Notes under the pieces: generated by a model
The model's database searches: none
What the model saw: the letters and a program-made list of their open reading frames with translations, nothing else
What the model was told of the DNA's origin: nothing
Source of the DNA: Chloropicon primus
Lineage: Eukaryota
NCBI GenBank assembly: GCA_023205875.1
Contig: CP060754.1
Location: 992,001-1,056,000 of the forward strand
DNA length: 64,000 bases
Reading direction: 5' to 3'
Program-made: the position numbers and the translations under genes
In this document: piece after piece, positions 1-10,334 of the stretch
How positions within the stretch are numbered: position 1 is the stretch's first letter
How the letters are laid out: each line of letters begins with the position of its first letter

Positions 1-262
1 TGGCAGTGGACAGCAAGCTCTTCACAAGTTGCTTGACGTTCGTCTGGCCGGACATGCTATGTTGTCTATTTGATTACTGGTGCGGCGGAGGAAAAGCGCC
101 TAAAAACCTAAACAAGTGGTTCTCCAGAATTTCTTTTAAGCCAGCAGAAGAGAAGAGGGGAGGGAGGGGGAGAAATAGAAATAGCTGGATTAGGCTTTGG
201 GAGGCCAGCAGAAGGAACATCCCCAAGTGCCTTCAATTTTATGTTTTTTTAAGCTTTGACTT

Positions 263-2449
263 CTAATTGTCCCCGATCTTTCCGCTGGTGAACGGCTTCA
301 TGGGGTCGAAGGACCAGGCCAAGCCCAGTTGCGGGTCCTCTGAGATCACCTTGAGGAGGCAGGACCCGTAAGGCTGCATGAGGCCGCAGCCCTCTTTCTT
401 GGCACAGAAGGAATATACGTCGCAACCCAAGTTGTGTGGCGGTATCTTGTGCTCCCTTGCTTGGGTGCAGGCCTCGCAGCACCTGGCGACGGACGCAAAA
501 TCAATTTCAGCGACGATCAGGCCCTTGTAGTGCCCCCGCAGCGCGTGGCACCTCTTCTCCGGGCACGTGAGGACCCCGAGATCCTCTTGGCACAGCCAAT
601 CCTCCTCTTGGGCGGGGGCTTGTGGATCCCAGGCGAAATCCTGTCTGTCCATGTCCAAGTAGTACATGCTCTTCATCCACGTCTCGTTCGCGTAGTCCTC
701 GAAGAATGACGCCCAGTCTATCGGGGCCTCCTCGGGCCCCGAGCGCACTCCCAGGACCATGTGATTCTGGTCTCTCGCGCCCCTACTTAGGTACCCGGAT
801 GCCCACTTCTGGGTCTGCCTGAACTCGTACGTTACGCTGCGCTTGAGCAGGCAAGTCCCGTACCCGAATCTGCTGCACCCGTTCCGGTCCTTGCAGAGGC
901 TCCAAGTGTCGCACTTTTTGCCGCCTCGACTCGCTTCGCTGCACAAGCTGCAGCACTCGGAGGGTCCAGCCGCAGTCTCCACCGCTACGATCGACCCGAC
1001 GTAGCTCCCGGTGGCCGAGCCCGCGCACTGATCATCGAGGCTCTGTGAGCTCAGAGCTTGCTGCGGGGCAGCCCCCTCCCTCGTGCTCATCCAGTGGTTC
1101 CACCAGCTGTCGACTGGAACAGGCACGTCCTGGCGCCCGCGTCCTTGGGATTCGAGCCCGCCGGCGCAAGTGCCGCAGGAGCTCCTGCAGAAGCCGTTGG
1201 CCCTCATCCAGGGCAATTCGCAGTTCCCCGCGGCTGCCTCCTCTGCGCACGAGGATCCGTTCGGGGTTGGGATGTCCAGGCACTCCTCGTCGCTGAACAC
1301 GATGGTGTCGTTGACCAGCTTTCCCGTGACCACTGGCTCCAATTCCTTCCTGTGGCCGTCCCAAGAGAAGACGAACGCCTCGGCCGCCACGCTCTGGAAC
1401 GCGCCGGTCCGCGGCTCGCTGGGCGCCCCCCTGGTCTCGCCCCGAGAAGGCCTCCTGCTGGATTCCATCGCATCGTTCCAGCGAAAGCCGGTCCTCCACC
1501 GCTGCACCGTGTCGAGCCACTCGGAGTGCGGCTGGTAAGGGTAGTAGTAGAGCATCTGGTTCCTGCCCTCGCTGAGAGTGAAGTAACCCTTCTCGGTGCT
1601 GTCCCAGCAGATAGCCTCCCCCTGCCGCTCGGAGCGGTACGGCAATATCCTCGGATCGCTGTCGAAAAACGAGTCTTCCAAGTTGCTCCTCCGCCAGTAG
1701 TACACGGCAGAGTAGCTCTTGATGAGAAGGCCGAGGCCCGAGGGGCTTATGTCACCCCCCACGAGCTCGCCCTTCGAGGGCGAGTTGTGGTGCTGGTCCT
1801 TGCACTCCTGGTCGTAGTCGACACAAGTGACATGGTACTCCTCCAAGTCGATGACCGCCCCCCTCGCGAGCGGGGCCCTCGCCCAGAACACCTGGAGAGG
1901 GTGCTGCCGCGTCTTCCTCACGATGAACAGGTCCCCGGTGTGCGGGTCCACCAGCAGGGTCTCGGCGTTGGCGTTCCCGGCGTGGCCGGGGAACCTGAAC
2001 TCGAACTTCTCGACGCCTGTCAGGATTTTCGATTGCTGGTTCAGAGGGTCCGAGGTCGCATTCGGCTCCTTCACCCGGTACACGGCCTTGGTCGGGTAGT
2101 ACGCCCGGTTGTCCCCGATGTCCCCGATGTACAGGTAGTCCTGCCCCGGAACCGGCCCAGGGCCGACGGCGATGTCCTCCCAGTCCCTCGCCTGGGCGTC
2201 CTGGATCTCGTACGTGCCGAGGTAAGACCCCCACTCGTTAATCAGGAACACTCGGCTCCTGTCCCCAGAGTCGTTGTGCGTGTACAGCACGCTCTTGTGC
2301 TTCCTGCTCGCGGCTAAACCACTCGCCTCACGGATGTCCCTGCTGGAGACCCGGCCCCTCGCGTGCTGCCCACCGACCGCATGAGCTAAGACCGCCAGAG
2401 CCAGCAGCAGCACCTGAAGCGCTCCCGCACCTTTTTGTCGCGCCACCAT
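263..2449 (-). CDS. Secreted multidomain protein: bacterial-type beta-propeller-like domain + Cys-rich ShK-like module + two PAN/Apple-like domains
   Basis: Signal peptide (LQVLLLALAVLAHAVGG). Motifs EASGLAAS…THNDSG, DWEDIA, YIGDIGDN, NAETL, GEAI. Cys module CLD…SCAE…NC…FCRSSCGTC. Two CC..C…C..WS/YS.C…C.LK modules. First ATG at 2449. Confidence 0.6.
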   Translation of the reverse strand: MVARQKGAGALQVLLLALAVLAHAVGGQHARGRVSSRDIREASGLAASRKHKSVLYTHNDSGDRSRVFLINEWGSYLGTYEIQDAQARDWEDIAVGPGPVPGQDYLYIGDIGDNRAYYPTKAVYRVKEPNATSDPLNQQSKILTGVEKFEFRFPGHAGNANAETLLVDPHTGDLFIVRKTRQHPLQVFWARAPLARGAVIDLEEYHVTCVDYDQECKDQHHNSPSKGELVGGDISPSGLGLLIKSYSAVYYWRRSNLEDSFFDSDPRILPYRSERQGEAICWDSTEKGYFTLSEGRNQMLYYYPYQPHSEWLDTVQRWRTGFRWNDAMESSRRPSRGETRGAPSEPRTGAFQSVAAEAFVFSWDGHRKELEPVVTGKLVNDTIVFSDEECLDIPTPNGSSCAEEAAAGNCELPWMRANGFCRSSCGTCAGGLESQGRGRQDVPVPVDSWWNHWMSTREGAAPQQALSSQSLDDQCAGSATGSYVGSIVAVETAAGPSECCSLCSEASRGGKKCDTWSLCKDRNGCSRFGYGTCLLKRSVTYEFRQTQKWASGYLSRGARDQNHMVLGVRSGPEEAPIDWASFFEDYANETWMKSMYYLDMDRQDFAWDPQAPAQEEDWLCQEDLGVLTCPEKRCHALRGHYKGLIVAEIDFASVARCCEACTQAREHKIPPHNLGCDVYSFCAKKEGCGLMQPYGSCLLKVISEDPQLGLAWSFDPMKPFTSGKIGDN

Positions 2450-2712
2450 CCTGTCGCCGCCAGCAACAGCCCAAACCACCAACGAGGAGGAGTCCAGAAC
2501 GCCCGCCTCTCTCTCTCTCTCTCTCTCTCTGTGTGGCTGTCAATCCATTTTTTTGTTTTTGGCTGGGGCGATGACTCATCGACTATCGACCCTCGGAAAA
2601 ATTCGGGTTCTCGAATCGAGAAAATAAAGGCGAGGCATCTTCATCAGATCTTCTTGGAGCTTGGAGCTTGGAGGGAGGGATTTTGCTTGGTAGTGTTGCA
2701 CAAACAATCCAA

Positions 2713-5700
2713 TTAATTATTGTTGTAAGGCGTGCTGTATGATCGGCTGGAGCTTGCCGTGTTCGGGCGGCGCTTCACCTTCTCCCAACGCGAGTGGTAC
2801 GGGCTGTACATGTAGCGCTCGACGAAAGGGCTCTGGGGCATCATGGAAGTCTTCGGGCTCTCCGCGAGGGTGAGCAGCTTCGTCTTCTTCGGCGAGTAGT
2901 CCTTCTTGGAGAATCCCCCGGCCCTCGTCGGCGCGGAGCTCGGCCTGATCTGGCCCGTGTTCAAGATTCGGATGTCGCTGCACTCGACCAGAAGGGGTTT
3001 GGCGCCCCTCTTCATGGCCTCTGGCTCTGGCTTGGCTTTTGGCTTCTTCTTGTTCTTCGCCGCCGCAAGCCGCTTGATCTCCTGCTGGATGTGGAACCTG
3101 GTGCCCTTCGGCTGGTGCGAGCGGATCAGGGGCGCGAAGCAGGACTCCAGGTGCTGTATCCTGTCGTCCGCCGCTTGAAGGAGGGTCTCTAACCTCTTCT
3201 GCATCTTTTTCCCCATGGTGGGATAGTCGTACTCGTTGACGTCCACGTCCAAGTGACCGTTCGCGCCCTCCTCGCCTTCCTCGAAACCCTCCGTCTCGGC
3301 GTCCAAGCCCTCCGGGATCTTCTTCCTGCACTCCTCCAGCTCCAGCTTGAGCAGCAAGATCTCCTCGTCCTTGCCCGCGATCTCGTTCCTCATCTGCTGC
3401 ACGATGTTGTTCATCTCCTCGATCTGGTTCGCGTTGATCTTGCTGTTCAGGAGCCTGTCTTGGATTTGGCTGGTCGAGGACTCCTTCGACAGAGCCTTCG
3501 CTTTCACGGGGGTGCTGAAGAACTCCTCCTCAGTCTCTCTCTCGCCAGACCCGTACTGGCTTCCGTCGTACCCCCGCAGGATCGCCCCGATGGGGCTGTC
3601 CGTCCTGGCCTTGCTCTTCGGCGACCTGTTCGTGTCCTTTTCCAGCTTCCTGATGTCCGACCTCTGCCTCGCCAAGACCCCTTCTGCCATCTGGGCAAGC
3701 ATCTTGAGAACAATCATGGGGTGGGACCTGTTGAATTCCTCCACCTCCCGGAACGATATGAAAGCGCAGCTCGTGAAGTTTTTGCTGAACACGTCCGCCA
3801 TCCTCGTTCCCAGCTCCTCGGAGCCGTTCTCCAGGAAGGAATTTTCCCCGATGTACTCCCCCCTTGCTTTCTTTCCGAGCAGAACGCCAGTCAGGCCTCC
3901 TACCCTGGCCTCGATCTCGCCGTGCAGGATGAACATCAGGCAGGAAGCTATCGACCCCTTCTCAAAAATTCTGCTGTTCATCTGAAACCTCAGGTACCTC
4001 ATGTGCTTCGCCAAAATCTGAAGCTCGTGGTCTTGCAGGTCGTGATGAAGCCCGAAGTTCTTCTCCGACCTGTGCTTGGAGTCGTCCTGCACGCTCTTCA
4101 GCTCGTAGTACAACTGAACGTGGTCGTGCGTCGAGGACACCTTAATCTCCTCGTCAGCTGACCTTGTGATCCTATCAAGCAGCTTCTGCTTGGCCGCACG
4201 GGTGAACAGCTGCAGAAGCTTGAGCCCCAATTCAGGGAAGCTTATATTCGTCGCTATGAGATCTTCGTACTTGAAGATTGCTATCACGGTCTCGTCGGAA
4301 CAACTCCTGACGTCGGCACTCCTCTTTCCTCCCTCAAAGAGCCCCATCTCTCCCAGAATCTCTCCCTTGTGAGCTTTGCCGACCTTTATCGTCTTCTGAA
4401 TGATAAAGTCGGCCTCACCGTCTAAAAGTACAGCCGAGAACGAGGATTCTTCCCCCTCCTTCGCGATGAGCTCCCCATCAGGAACTTTCAGCAAGGAAAT
4501 TTTCTTGGCGATCCACTCAATGTCGTTGACGGAAAGGCCGTTGAAGTGCTGGCTGTAAGCTTGGACGTCCGTCAGCAGCTTGCAGGCTTGCTCGAAGGTG
4601 CAGTCAGAGTCATTCAAGTCTTCCTCCTCAGAGTCGCTATCGACTTTGCCCTTCTTATTCGGCTCGCGGGCGTCAAGCCTTTTGTAGGCCTTGGCCTTCT
4701 TGCCGTTCTTCATCGTCCTTCTCGTGAAGATATCTTCCATCTTTTTCTTGGAGTGGTGCAACCTTGCATCTCCTGTCCCCAGTGACCAAGAGAGATCCTC
4801 CTTCTTCTTCAGTTCTTCCAGCAAATAGCTCAAGTAAGGCTTCTCAGCCTTTGTGGAGCTCGTCTTGCCCGTTTCCCTCTTCTCGACGGCGTTCACTTGG
4901 CTCCTCAGCCTCGTGAGGATTGTTTGAGCCATTCGATGAAACATCTTGAAGGCCAGGAGGGGGTAAGCAGAGTTCAGCTCTGGGAGAGCTGTGTAACTCA
5001 TAGCCGCCAGCATCACAGTCTCCGTTCCTGCGAAGACGTCGTTGTTCCTGGGCTTCTCAGTGAGAAAGCCGTCCACGAAAGCCGTCTCCCCCACGAACTG
5101 CCCCTTGGAAAGCGCACCAATCTTCTCCCCCTTGGCGCCACCAACCTTGGCCACCACGCTTCCCTCGAGAATGAAAAACACATAGTTTGCGATCATACCC
5201 TCGTTGATGATGTGTGCGCCTTCTTCATATATCAGGAGCGTCACACGCTTTGCTAAAAAATCCAATTCTTTGTCACTAATCCCCTCACCGAGCCCCTTGT
5301 TGACTTGGTGAGCATCGTTCAAGTAGCGGGACATTCGCGATACGGAACACGTCCTCACGTGGCTAAGTTCCTCCTTCGGGGAGTTCAAAAGGCACCTCTG
5401 CGTCAGCTTGCTCATACCCGAGCACGCCAGGATCCGCACCACCTTCAGGCCTATGTCCGGAAAGTTAAGGTACGCGTCCACGATGTCATTCGTCTTCCAG
5501 AGGGCCAAGACAGTGGAATTGCTGCTGCTCACCACGCTTGCTGTCCTCCTGTCGCCTTCGAACAAGGCGTTCTCCCCAATGATGTCGCCCTTGCTGACCG
5601 TTCCCACTTTGATGTTCTTCTTTGCATACACACTAGCGCTTCCGTTGAGGAGGACCGCGACAAAAGACCCAGGGTCGTCCTCGTTTATGATAGTCTCTCC

Positions 5701-5853
5701 AGTCTTGACTTTGACAAAGTCCATCCTCTTGACGAGCGTCTCCACGTCCGAGTCCGAGAACCCTCGCCAGAACTTGCTCGTGTTCTGGCAGCCTCTGAGG
5801 AAGTGGGAGGCCTCCTCCGCGCTGCATACGCTGTAATTCTCGAGGCAATCCAT
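2713..5853 (-). CDS. Protein with four cyclic-nucleotide-binding domains and a C-terminal coiled coil
   Basis: Four GE…R.A/N.V cassettes: GENALFEGDRRTASV, GETAF…PRNNDV, GEMGLFEGGKRSADV, GENSF…TRMADV. 1046-aa ORF. Confidence 0.85.
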   Translation of the reverse strand: MDCLENYSVCSAEEASHFLRGCQNTSKFWRGFSDSDVETLVKRMDFVKVKTGETIINEDDPGSFVAVLLNGSASVYAKKNIKVGTVSKGDIIGENALFEGDRRTASVVSSSNSTVLALWKTNDIVDAYLNFPDIGLKVVRILACSGMSKLTQRCLLNSPKEELSHVRTCSVSRMSRYLNDAHQVNKGLGEGISDKELDFLAKRVTLLIYEEGAHIINEGMIANYVFFILEGSVVAKVGGAKGEKIGALSKGQFVGETAFVDGFLTEKPRNNDVFAGTETVMLAAMSYTALPELNSAYPLLAFKMFHRMAQTILTRLRSQVNAVEKRETGKTSSTKAEKPYLSYLLEELKKKEDLSWSLGTGDARLHHSKKKMEDIFTRRTMKNGKKAKAYKRLDAREPNKKGKVDSDSEEEDLNDSDCTFEQACKLLTDVQAYSQHFNGLSVNDIEWIAKKISLLKVPDGELIAKEGEESSFSAVLLDGEADFIIQKTIKVGKAHKGEILGEMGLFEGGKRSADVRSCSDETVIAIFKYEDLIATNISFPELGLKLLQLFTRAAKQKLLDRITRSADEEIKVSSTHDHVQLYYELKSVQDDSKHRSEKNFGLHHDLQDHELQILAKHMRYLRFQMNSRIFEKGSIASCLMFILHGEIEARVGGLTGVLLGKKARGEYIGENSFLENGSEELGTRMADVFSKNFTSCAFISFREVEEFNRSHPMIVLKMLAQMAEGVLARQRSDIRKLEKDTNRSPKSKARTDSPIGAILRGYDGSQYGSGERETEEEFFSTPVKAKALSKESSTSQIQDRLLNSKINANQIEEMNNIVQQMRNEIAGKDEEILLLKLELEECRKKIPEGLDAETEGFEEGEEGANGHLDVDVNEYDYPTMGKKMQKRLETLLQAADDRIQHLESCFAPLIRSHQPKGTRFHIQQEIKRLAAAKNKKKPKAKPEPEAMKRGAKPLLVECSDIRILNTGQIRPSSAPTRAGGFSKKDYSPKKTKLLTLAESPKTSMMPQSPFVERYMYSPYHSRWEKVKRRPNTASSSRSYSTPYNNN

Positions 5854-7169
5854 AGTCTATATAGAGTTACCTCCGTCTAACTCCACCAAAAAGCAAACTC
5901 TCTGCAGCGTTTCCTGTACCTCAATTACTGCGTAAGTCTACCTGTATCACTTCGCTTCATTGAAGTTATGCTTCCCTCAATTCAGTGCCACGACAGCTCA
6001 CTCTCCAAGGCGTCTCCATATTTCCTTTCCTCCAATGAATGCAATCCTTGGTCTGTAACAAATGCCTCGACGTTCCGCTGCCTTGCCCCCCAACAAAGCG
6101 GGCCCCGGACAAAGGTCTTGGCCCTCGGACCGTATCCCCTTGGTTCGGTTGTCTCCTCCCACTCACCCCTCGTCCTCGTCCTTCTGTTCCCCTTCCTTCA
6201 CTAAACAGCCTCCGCTTTCTGGTGCCTCAGGTTCAGGTTCAGGTTCACCCCCCCAGCGAAAGCAAGCGAACAGCCTCCGCTCTATGGTGCCTCTTCTCCC
6301 CTTCTATTCTTCGTGTGCGTGTTGGATGTTGGGTTGTTGGGTTGTTGGGTGTTCTTTCTTCTTCCTCTTCCTCTTCCCCTTCCTTGAGGAAGGAGGGAAG
6401 GCGAATAAATACGATTTTACCAAGATTGGAAATGTTCACGTCGAAGAGGATCAGGAGACATCGTAAGACGGGATTCGTAGGACAACGGGGGTGCTGGAAA
6501 TCTTTGCTTTCGGCACGACGAGAGCGTTCTCTCGACAGCCCCTAGAATGGAATTAGCACTACACAAAGCAATCAAAAATACCACACACACCACAGAGAGA
6601 GAGTCAACAGAAAGAGGAGAGAGAACGAGAGAGTTCGGGACAGAGGAGGATGGAATCGAAAGATATGCTGTGCTGTAACTGACAAGGTATGCGCGATGGT
6701 GGACTCGAGCAAAGTCACTTCCCACAGCTTGAGACACCACCGCGACAAGGACACGAAAGTCTTGGCATGTCCCTTCGTGAGCCTTGGGTAACGGAAGCTG
6801 GCATGAGAGGTAACGGTCAAGGAGTGCCTGAGATGGAATCCGGAGCTTCAAGACGTGGTCCCACCACGCGAATGGCTACAATACAAGTAGAAGTACATTA
6901 CAAATAGAGCCAATGTCCCAAAATTGATAGTGTCATGGAGCTGTTTCCTACGGCGGCGCACTGACGCCCTACGGGTCGTGCGAGAGCGGGTTCGTCACCA
7001 GAGGGGCCTCCTCCGCGGCCGCGCCTCCCACGCTCATGACGGCGTGCACGATCGATTCCGGCAGGTCCTCGACCACTCCCGTCTGCTGGTCGCCGTGAAG
7101 AGATCGCGTCCGGTCGCGTCCGATTGGCGATTGGCTTTTTCGACGGACTCTGGAATCTGCCATTGACTG

Positions 7170-10100
7170 TTATTGAGTGAGCACTGGACGCTGATAGAGT
7201 TTCAAAAGGAGTGATGAGGCCACCACGGTCACCGATGAAAGCGCCATCGCGCCCCCCGCGACCCAAGGGGGGAGCTGCAGGCGGGTCGAGGGGAAGAGGG
7301 CGCCACCAGCCAAGGGAATGCAAACGATGTTGTAGACCATGGCCCAAACATAGTTCTGCTTGATCCTCCGCATGGTGGCTTTGGACAAGTCCACCGCCAT
7401 CAGGACGTCCTCGAGATTGTCCCGCATCAGGACGTAATCCGCGGCTTCCACCGCGATGTCCGTTCCAGAGCCAAGAGCGATGCCGACGTCCGAGGCAACC
7501 AGGGCAGGCGAGTCGTTCACGCCGTCGCCAACCATGCCAACAGAGACGTTCTTGCGCTGCATTTCCTTGATCACGTCCACTTTCTCGCCAGGGGAGATGC
7601 CAGCGTGAATGTCAGAGATGCCAACATCGCGGCCAATGGCCTGGGCAGTCCTCCAGTTGTCACCAGACGCCATCGCACACGCTATTCCCATGGCCTGCAG
7701 GTGCTCCACGACACCCCTCGCTTCTGGCTTCAGGGGGTCCGCGATCGCAAATATGCTCGCTACTGCGCCGTCCACCGCAAACATGACCGCAGTCCTGCCA
7801 CCCTCCTCCTGGTCTTTCATCCACAGATCAGCAGACTCGGGGGGCCTGACGCCCTCCGACTGCATCAGCTTGCGATTCCCGATGCAGACCCGCATGTCGC
7901 GCGCGTTCCTGGAACCCGGGGTGAGGTTGATCCGGGCCATGTGCTCCGCGTGGGCCGCTCCTTTCACGGTGCAAATCACGCCAAAACCCGGGAGGATGTC
8001 CACCTCCTCTGGAGTATCAAACGTGACCTGAGAATCGTCGCGGACTTTCCCGAACAGCACATCGCGGGCGTACTTCAAAATAGCTCTGGCCAGAGGGTGC
8101 TCGCTCGAGCTCTCCGCCGTGGCCGCCAAAACGGCGCACTCCTCCTCTTTCATGTACGGGTGCAGGTGGAGGGAGTCCACAACGCTAGGTAGGCCGAGCG
8201 TGAGCGTGCCGGTCTTGTCGAAAACAAGACAAGACACGTGGCAAGCTTTCTCCAAGGCATCTCCGCCCTTGATGAGAACGCCGTTGGTGGCCCCAACACC
8301 TGTCCCGACCATGATTGCAGTGGGGGTGGCCAAACCAAGAGCGCAAGGGCAAGCGACCACAACGACGCTGATTCCAAACGTGAGGCTGAACGTAAAGGGT
8401 GTGTACCCCTGGGGTATCCAGTCACTCGGGTACCCTCCCGCCCTTCCCGCAATGTACCACGAGAGGAAGGTCGTGACAGCAAGAATGACGACTATGGGAA
8501 CAAAGTAGGACGAGATTTTGTCCGCGTAACGCTGCACGGGGGCCTTGGACATCTGCGCAGTCTCCACCATCTTGATGATCTGAGACAGCGCCGTGTCCGA
8601 CCCAATCTTTGTGGCCTTCATGTGAAGTAGCCCCGCCGTGTTCAAGGTGCCGCCGATGACCTGGTCCCCCGCACTTTTCAACACAGGGATGCTCTCCCCC
8701 GTGATCATGGACTCGTCCACGTAACTGCTTCCGCTCGACACCGTTCCATCCGTTGGTATCTTTGAACCAGGGAGGACCTTGAGGTGATCCCCCACGTGAA
8801 TGAGCGTCGTCAGTATCTCCTGCTCGGACTTGACCTGGTTGTTCTCGTTGAGCTCCACGAGAATCGCTGTATCTGGCGTCAGCTCCATGAGCTTTGATAT
8901 GGCGTTCGACGTCTTCGCCTTGGCAGAGGTCTCCAGATACTTTCCCAGGCAGATGAAAGTGATCAGCAAGGTGCTGCTGTCGAAGAAGAGTTGCAGAGAA
9001 CCACCCAGCATTCGAAACCGAAGCAAATCGAACACACTGAAGCCATATGCCGCACTGGTTCCAAGCGCCACGAGCACATCCATGTTGGCTCTGTAGTTCC
9101 TCAAAGCGTGCCAAGCGCCTCGGTAAAAGTTTGAGCCAATCCAAAATTGCACTGGAGTAGCAAACGCAAGTTGGAGGCACGCAAGGAGAGGGAAACCAAA
9201 TACAGCTACCCCGTTTATCATGTCGTTCAGCGGTTGCGCCAGGTGCAGAACTAACGGGAGTACGACGAACATTGGCAAGCACAGAGCCAAGCTGCATTGC
9301 AGTTTTTGCTTCCACTTGCCCGTGCCCGTTGTAGTGTCTGCCAGCGTGCTCTCAAGTTTCTGCGGCATCTCCGCATCGAAGCCAGCTGATTCGATGGCCA
9401 AAATCAATTCCCTCGCCCCCGTCTTGCCCGGCTCGTACTTGATCAATGCACCACCAGTGACTGAGTTCACAACCGCGGAGGACACGCCGTTCACTTGCAT
9501 CAGGGCCTTTTCTACTGACGCCGAGCAGCTGGAGCAGGTCATCCCGTGCACCTTCAATTTGGTTGTGCTCAACTGCATCTTGGCTTCATCAGTCTCAGTA
9601 TTCAGGACTTCCAACACGCTCGCTTCGAAGCCAGCCTCGGAGATGACTTTGACAATAGCCTCGACTGATACGTGGTCACACTGGAACTCCACTGCCGCTT
9701 GTCCCGTCAGCACAGAGACAGCGGCGATCACGATTCCGGGAAGCTCGAGGAGGAGACCCTCCAGCGAGTTTGCACACTCAGAGCAAGACATTCCCGAAAC
9801 GTTGATGAGCACCTTTACGAGCTTCGTGCTCTTGGAGCGCCTGTGAAAAGGGGAATCCACAACAATCTTCTTGCCGGTCTGCACGTCCGCGTAGCCTGCG
9901 ACGAATCCAGCCTTCGCGATGGCATCCTTAATCTCGTTGATAACTGCGATTGTGCGAACTTCCTTTCTTCCTTGGACAGTGACAGTTCCGGGAAAGAGCT
10001 TCACTTGTGCGCTCTCGACGCCGGGTATCTCGGCCACGGCCAAAAAAACTTTTTCCGAACAGTCCTCGCAATACATCCCCTCCACGTCAAAAGTGAGCGT

Positions 10101-10334
10101 GTGCCTCGCTCGACCGTCGGAGTCCTCCCCCGAGTCTTTGGCAGCGCTCGGATGAATCGTGAAAGTCGGCGTGGTCCTCGTGAAAACGTTTCTAGCCCCT
10201 TGTCCGAGCGAAACGATATCGAGCAACCCTTCTCGCTCTCCCGAGAGGAGCGCCTCTTCCAAGTCGGGCCGAGCCGAAGTCGGCGTCGAGGCCGAGGGAA
10301 GTATGTCGCTCACGACTTTCCACAACCTCTCCAT
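7170..10334 (-). CDS. Copper-transporting P1B-type ATPase (HMA5/RAN1-like), copy A
   Basis: Three HMA motifs (GMYCEDC, GMSCSEC, GMTCSSC), TGES, CPC, DKTGT, SEHPL, GDGVND, YN, MALSS. Likely start MERLW at 10334. Confidence 0.95.
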   Translation of the reverse strand: MERLWKVVSDILPSASTPTSARPDLEEALLSGEREGLLDIVSLGQGARNVFTRTTPTFTIHPSAAKDSGEDSDGRARHTLTFDVEGMYCEDCSEKVFLAVAEIPGVESAQVKLFPGTVTVQGRKEVRTIAVINEIKDAIAKAGFVAGYADVQTGKKIVVDSPFHRRSKSTKLVKVLINVSGMSCSECANSLEGLLLELPGIVIAAVSVLTGQAAVEFQCDHVSVEAIVKVISEAGFEASVLEVLNTETDEAKMQLSTTKLKVHGMTCSSCSASVEKALMQVNGVSSAVVNSVTGGALIKYEPGKTGARELILAIESAGFDAEMPQKLESTLADTTTGTGKWKQKLQCSLALCLPMFVVLPLVLHLAQPLNDMINGVAVFGFPLLACLQLAFATPVQFWIGSNFYRGAWHALRNYRANMDVLVALGTSAAYGFSVFDLLRFRMLGGSLQLFFDSSTLLITFICLGKYLETSAKAKTSNAISKLMELTPDTAILVELNENNQVKSEQEILTTLIHVGDHLKVLPGSKIPTDGTVSSGSSYVDESMITGESIPVLKSAGDQVIGGTLNTAGLLHMKATKIGSDTALSQIIKMVETAQMSKAPVQRYADKISSYFVPIVVILAVTTFLSWYIAGRAGGYPSDWIPQGYTPFTFSLTFGISVVVVACPCALGLATPTAIMVGTGVGATNGVLIKGGDALEKACHVSCLVFDKTGTLTLGLPSVVDSLHLHPYMKEEECAVLAATAESSSEHPLARAILKYARDVLFGKVRDDSQVTFDTPEEVDILPGFGVICTVKGAAHAEHMARINLTPGSRNARDMRVCIGNRKLMQSEGVRPPESADLWMKDQEEGGRTAVMFAVDGAVASIFAIADPLKPEARGVVEHLQAMGIACAMASGDNWRTAQAIGRDVGISDIHAGISPGEKVDVIKEMQRKNVSVGMVGDGVNDSPALVASDVGIALGSGTDIAVEAADYVLMRDNLEDVLMAVDLSKATMRRIKQNYVWAMVYNIVCIPLAGGALFPSTRLQLPPWVAGGAMALSSVTVVASSLLLKLYQRPVLTQ
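7231..8965. repeat. Inverted repeat arm 1 (~1735 bp), near-identical to 19575-21309
   Basis: Reverse complement matches 19575-21309 with paired coordinates summing to 28540. Mirrored spurious ORFs appear in the ORF track (8119..8508 vs 20032..20421). Confidence 0.95.

Noticed and set aside
5870..6907. Short ORFs between the CNB gene and ATPase A
   Set aside because: Low complexity, no motifs, and no consistent exon chain could be built. A small gene cannot be excluded.
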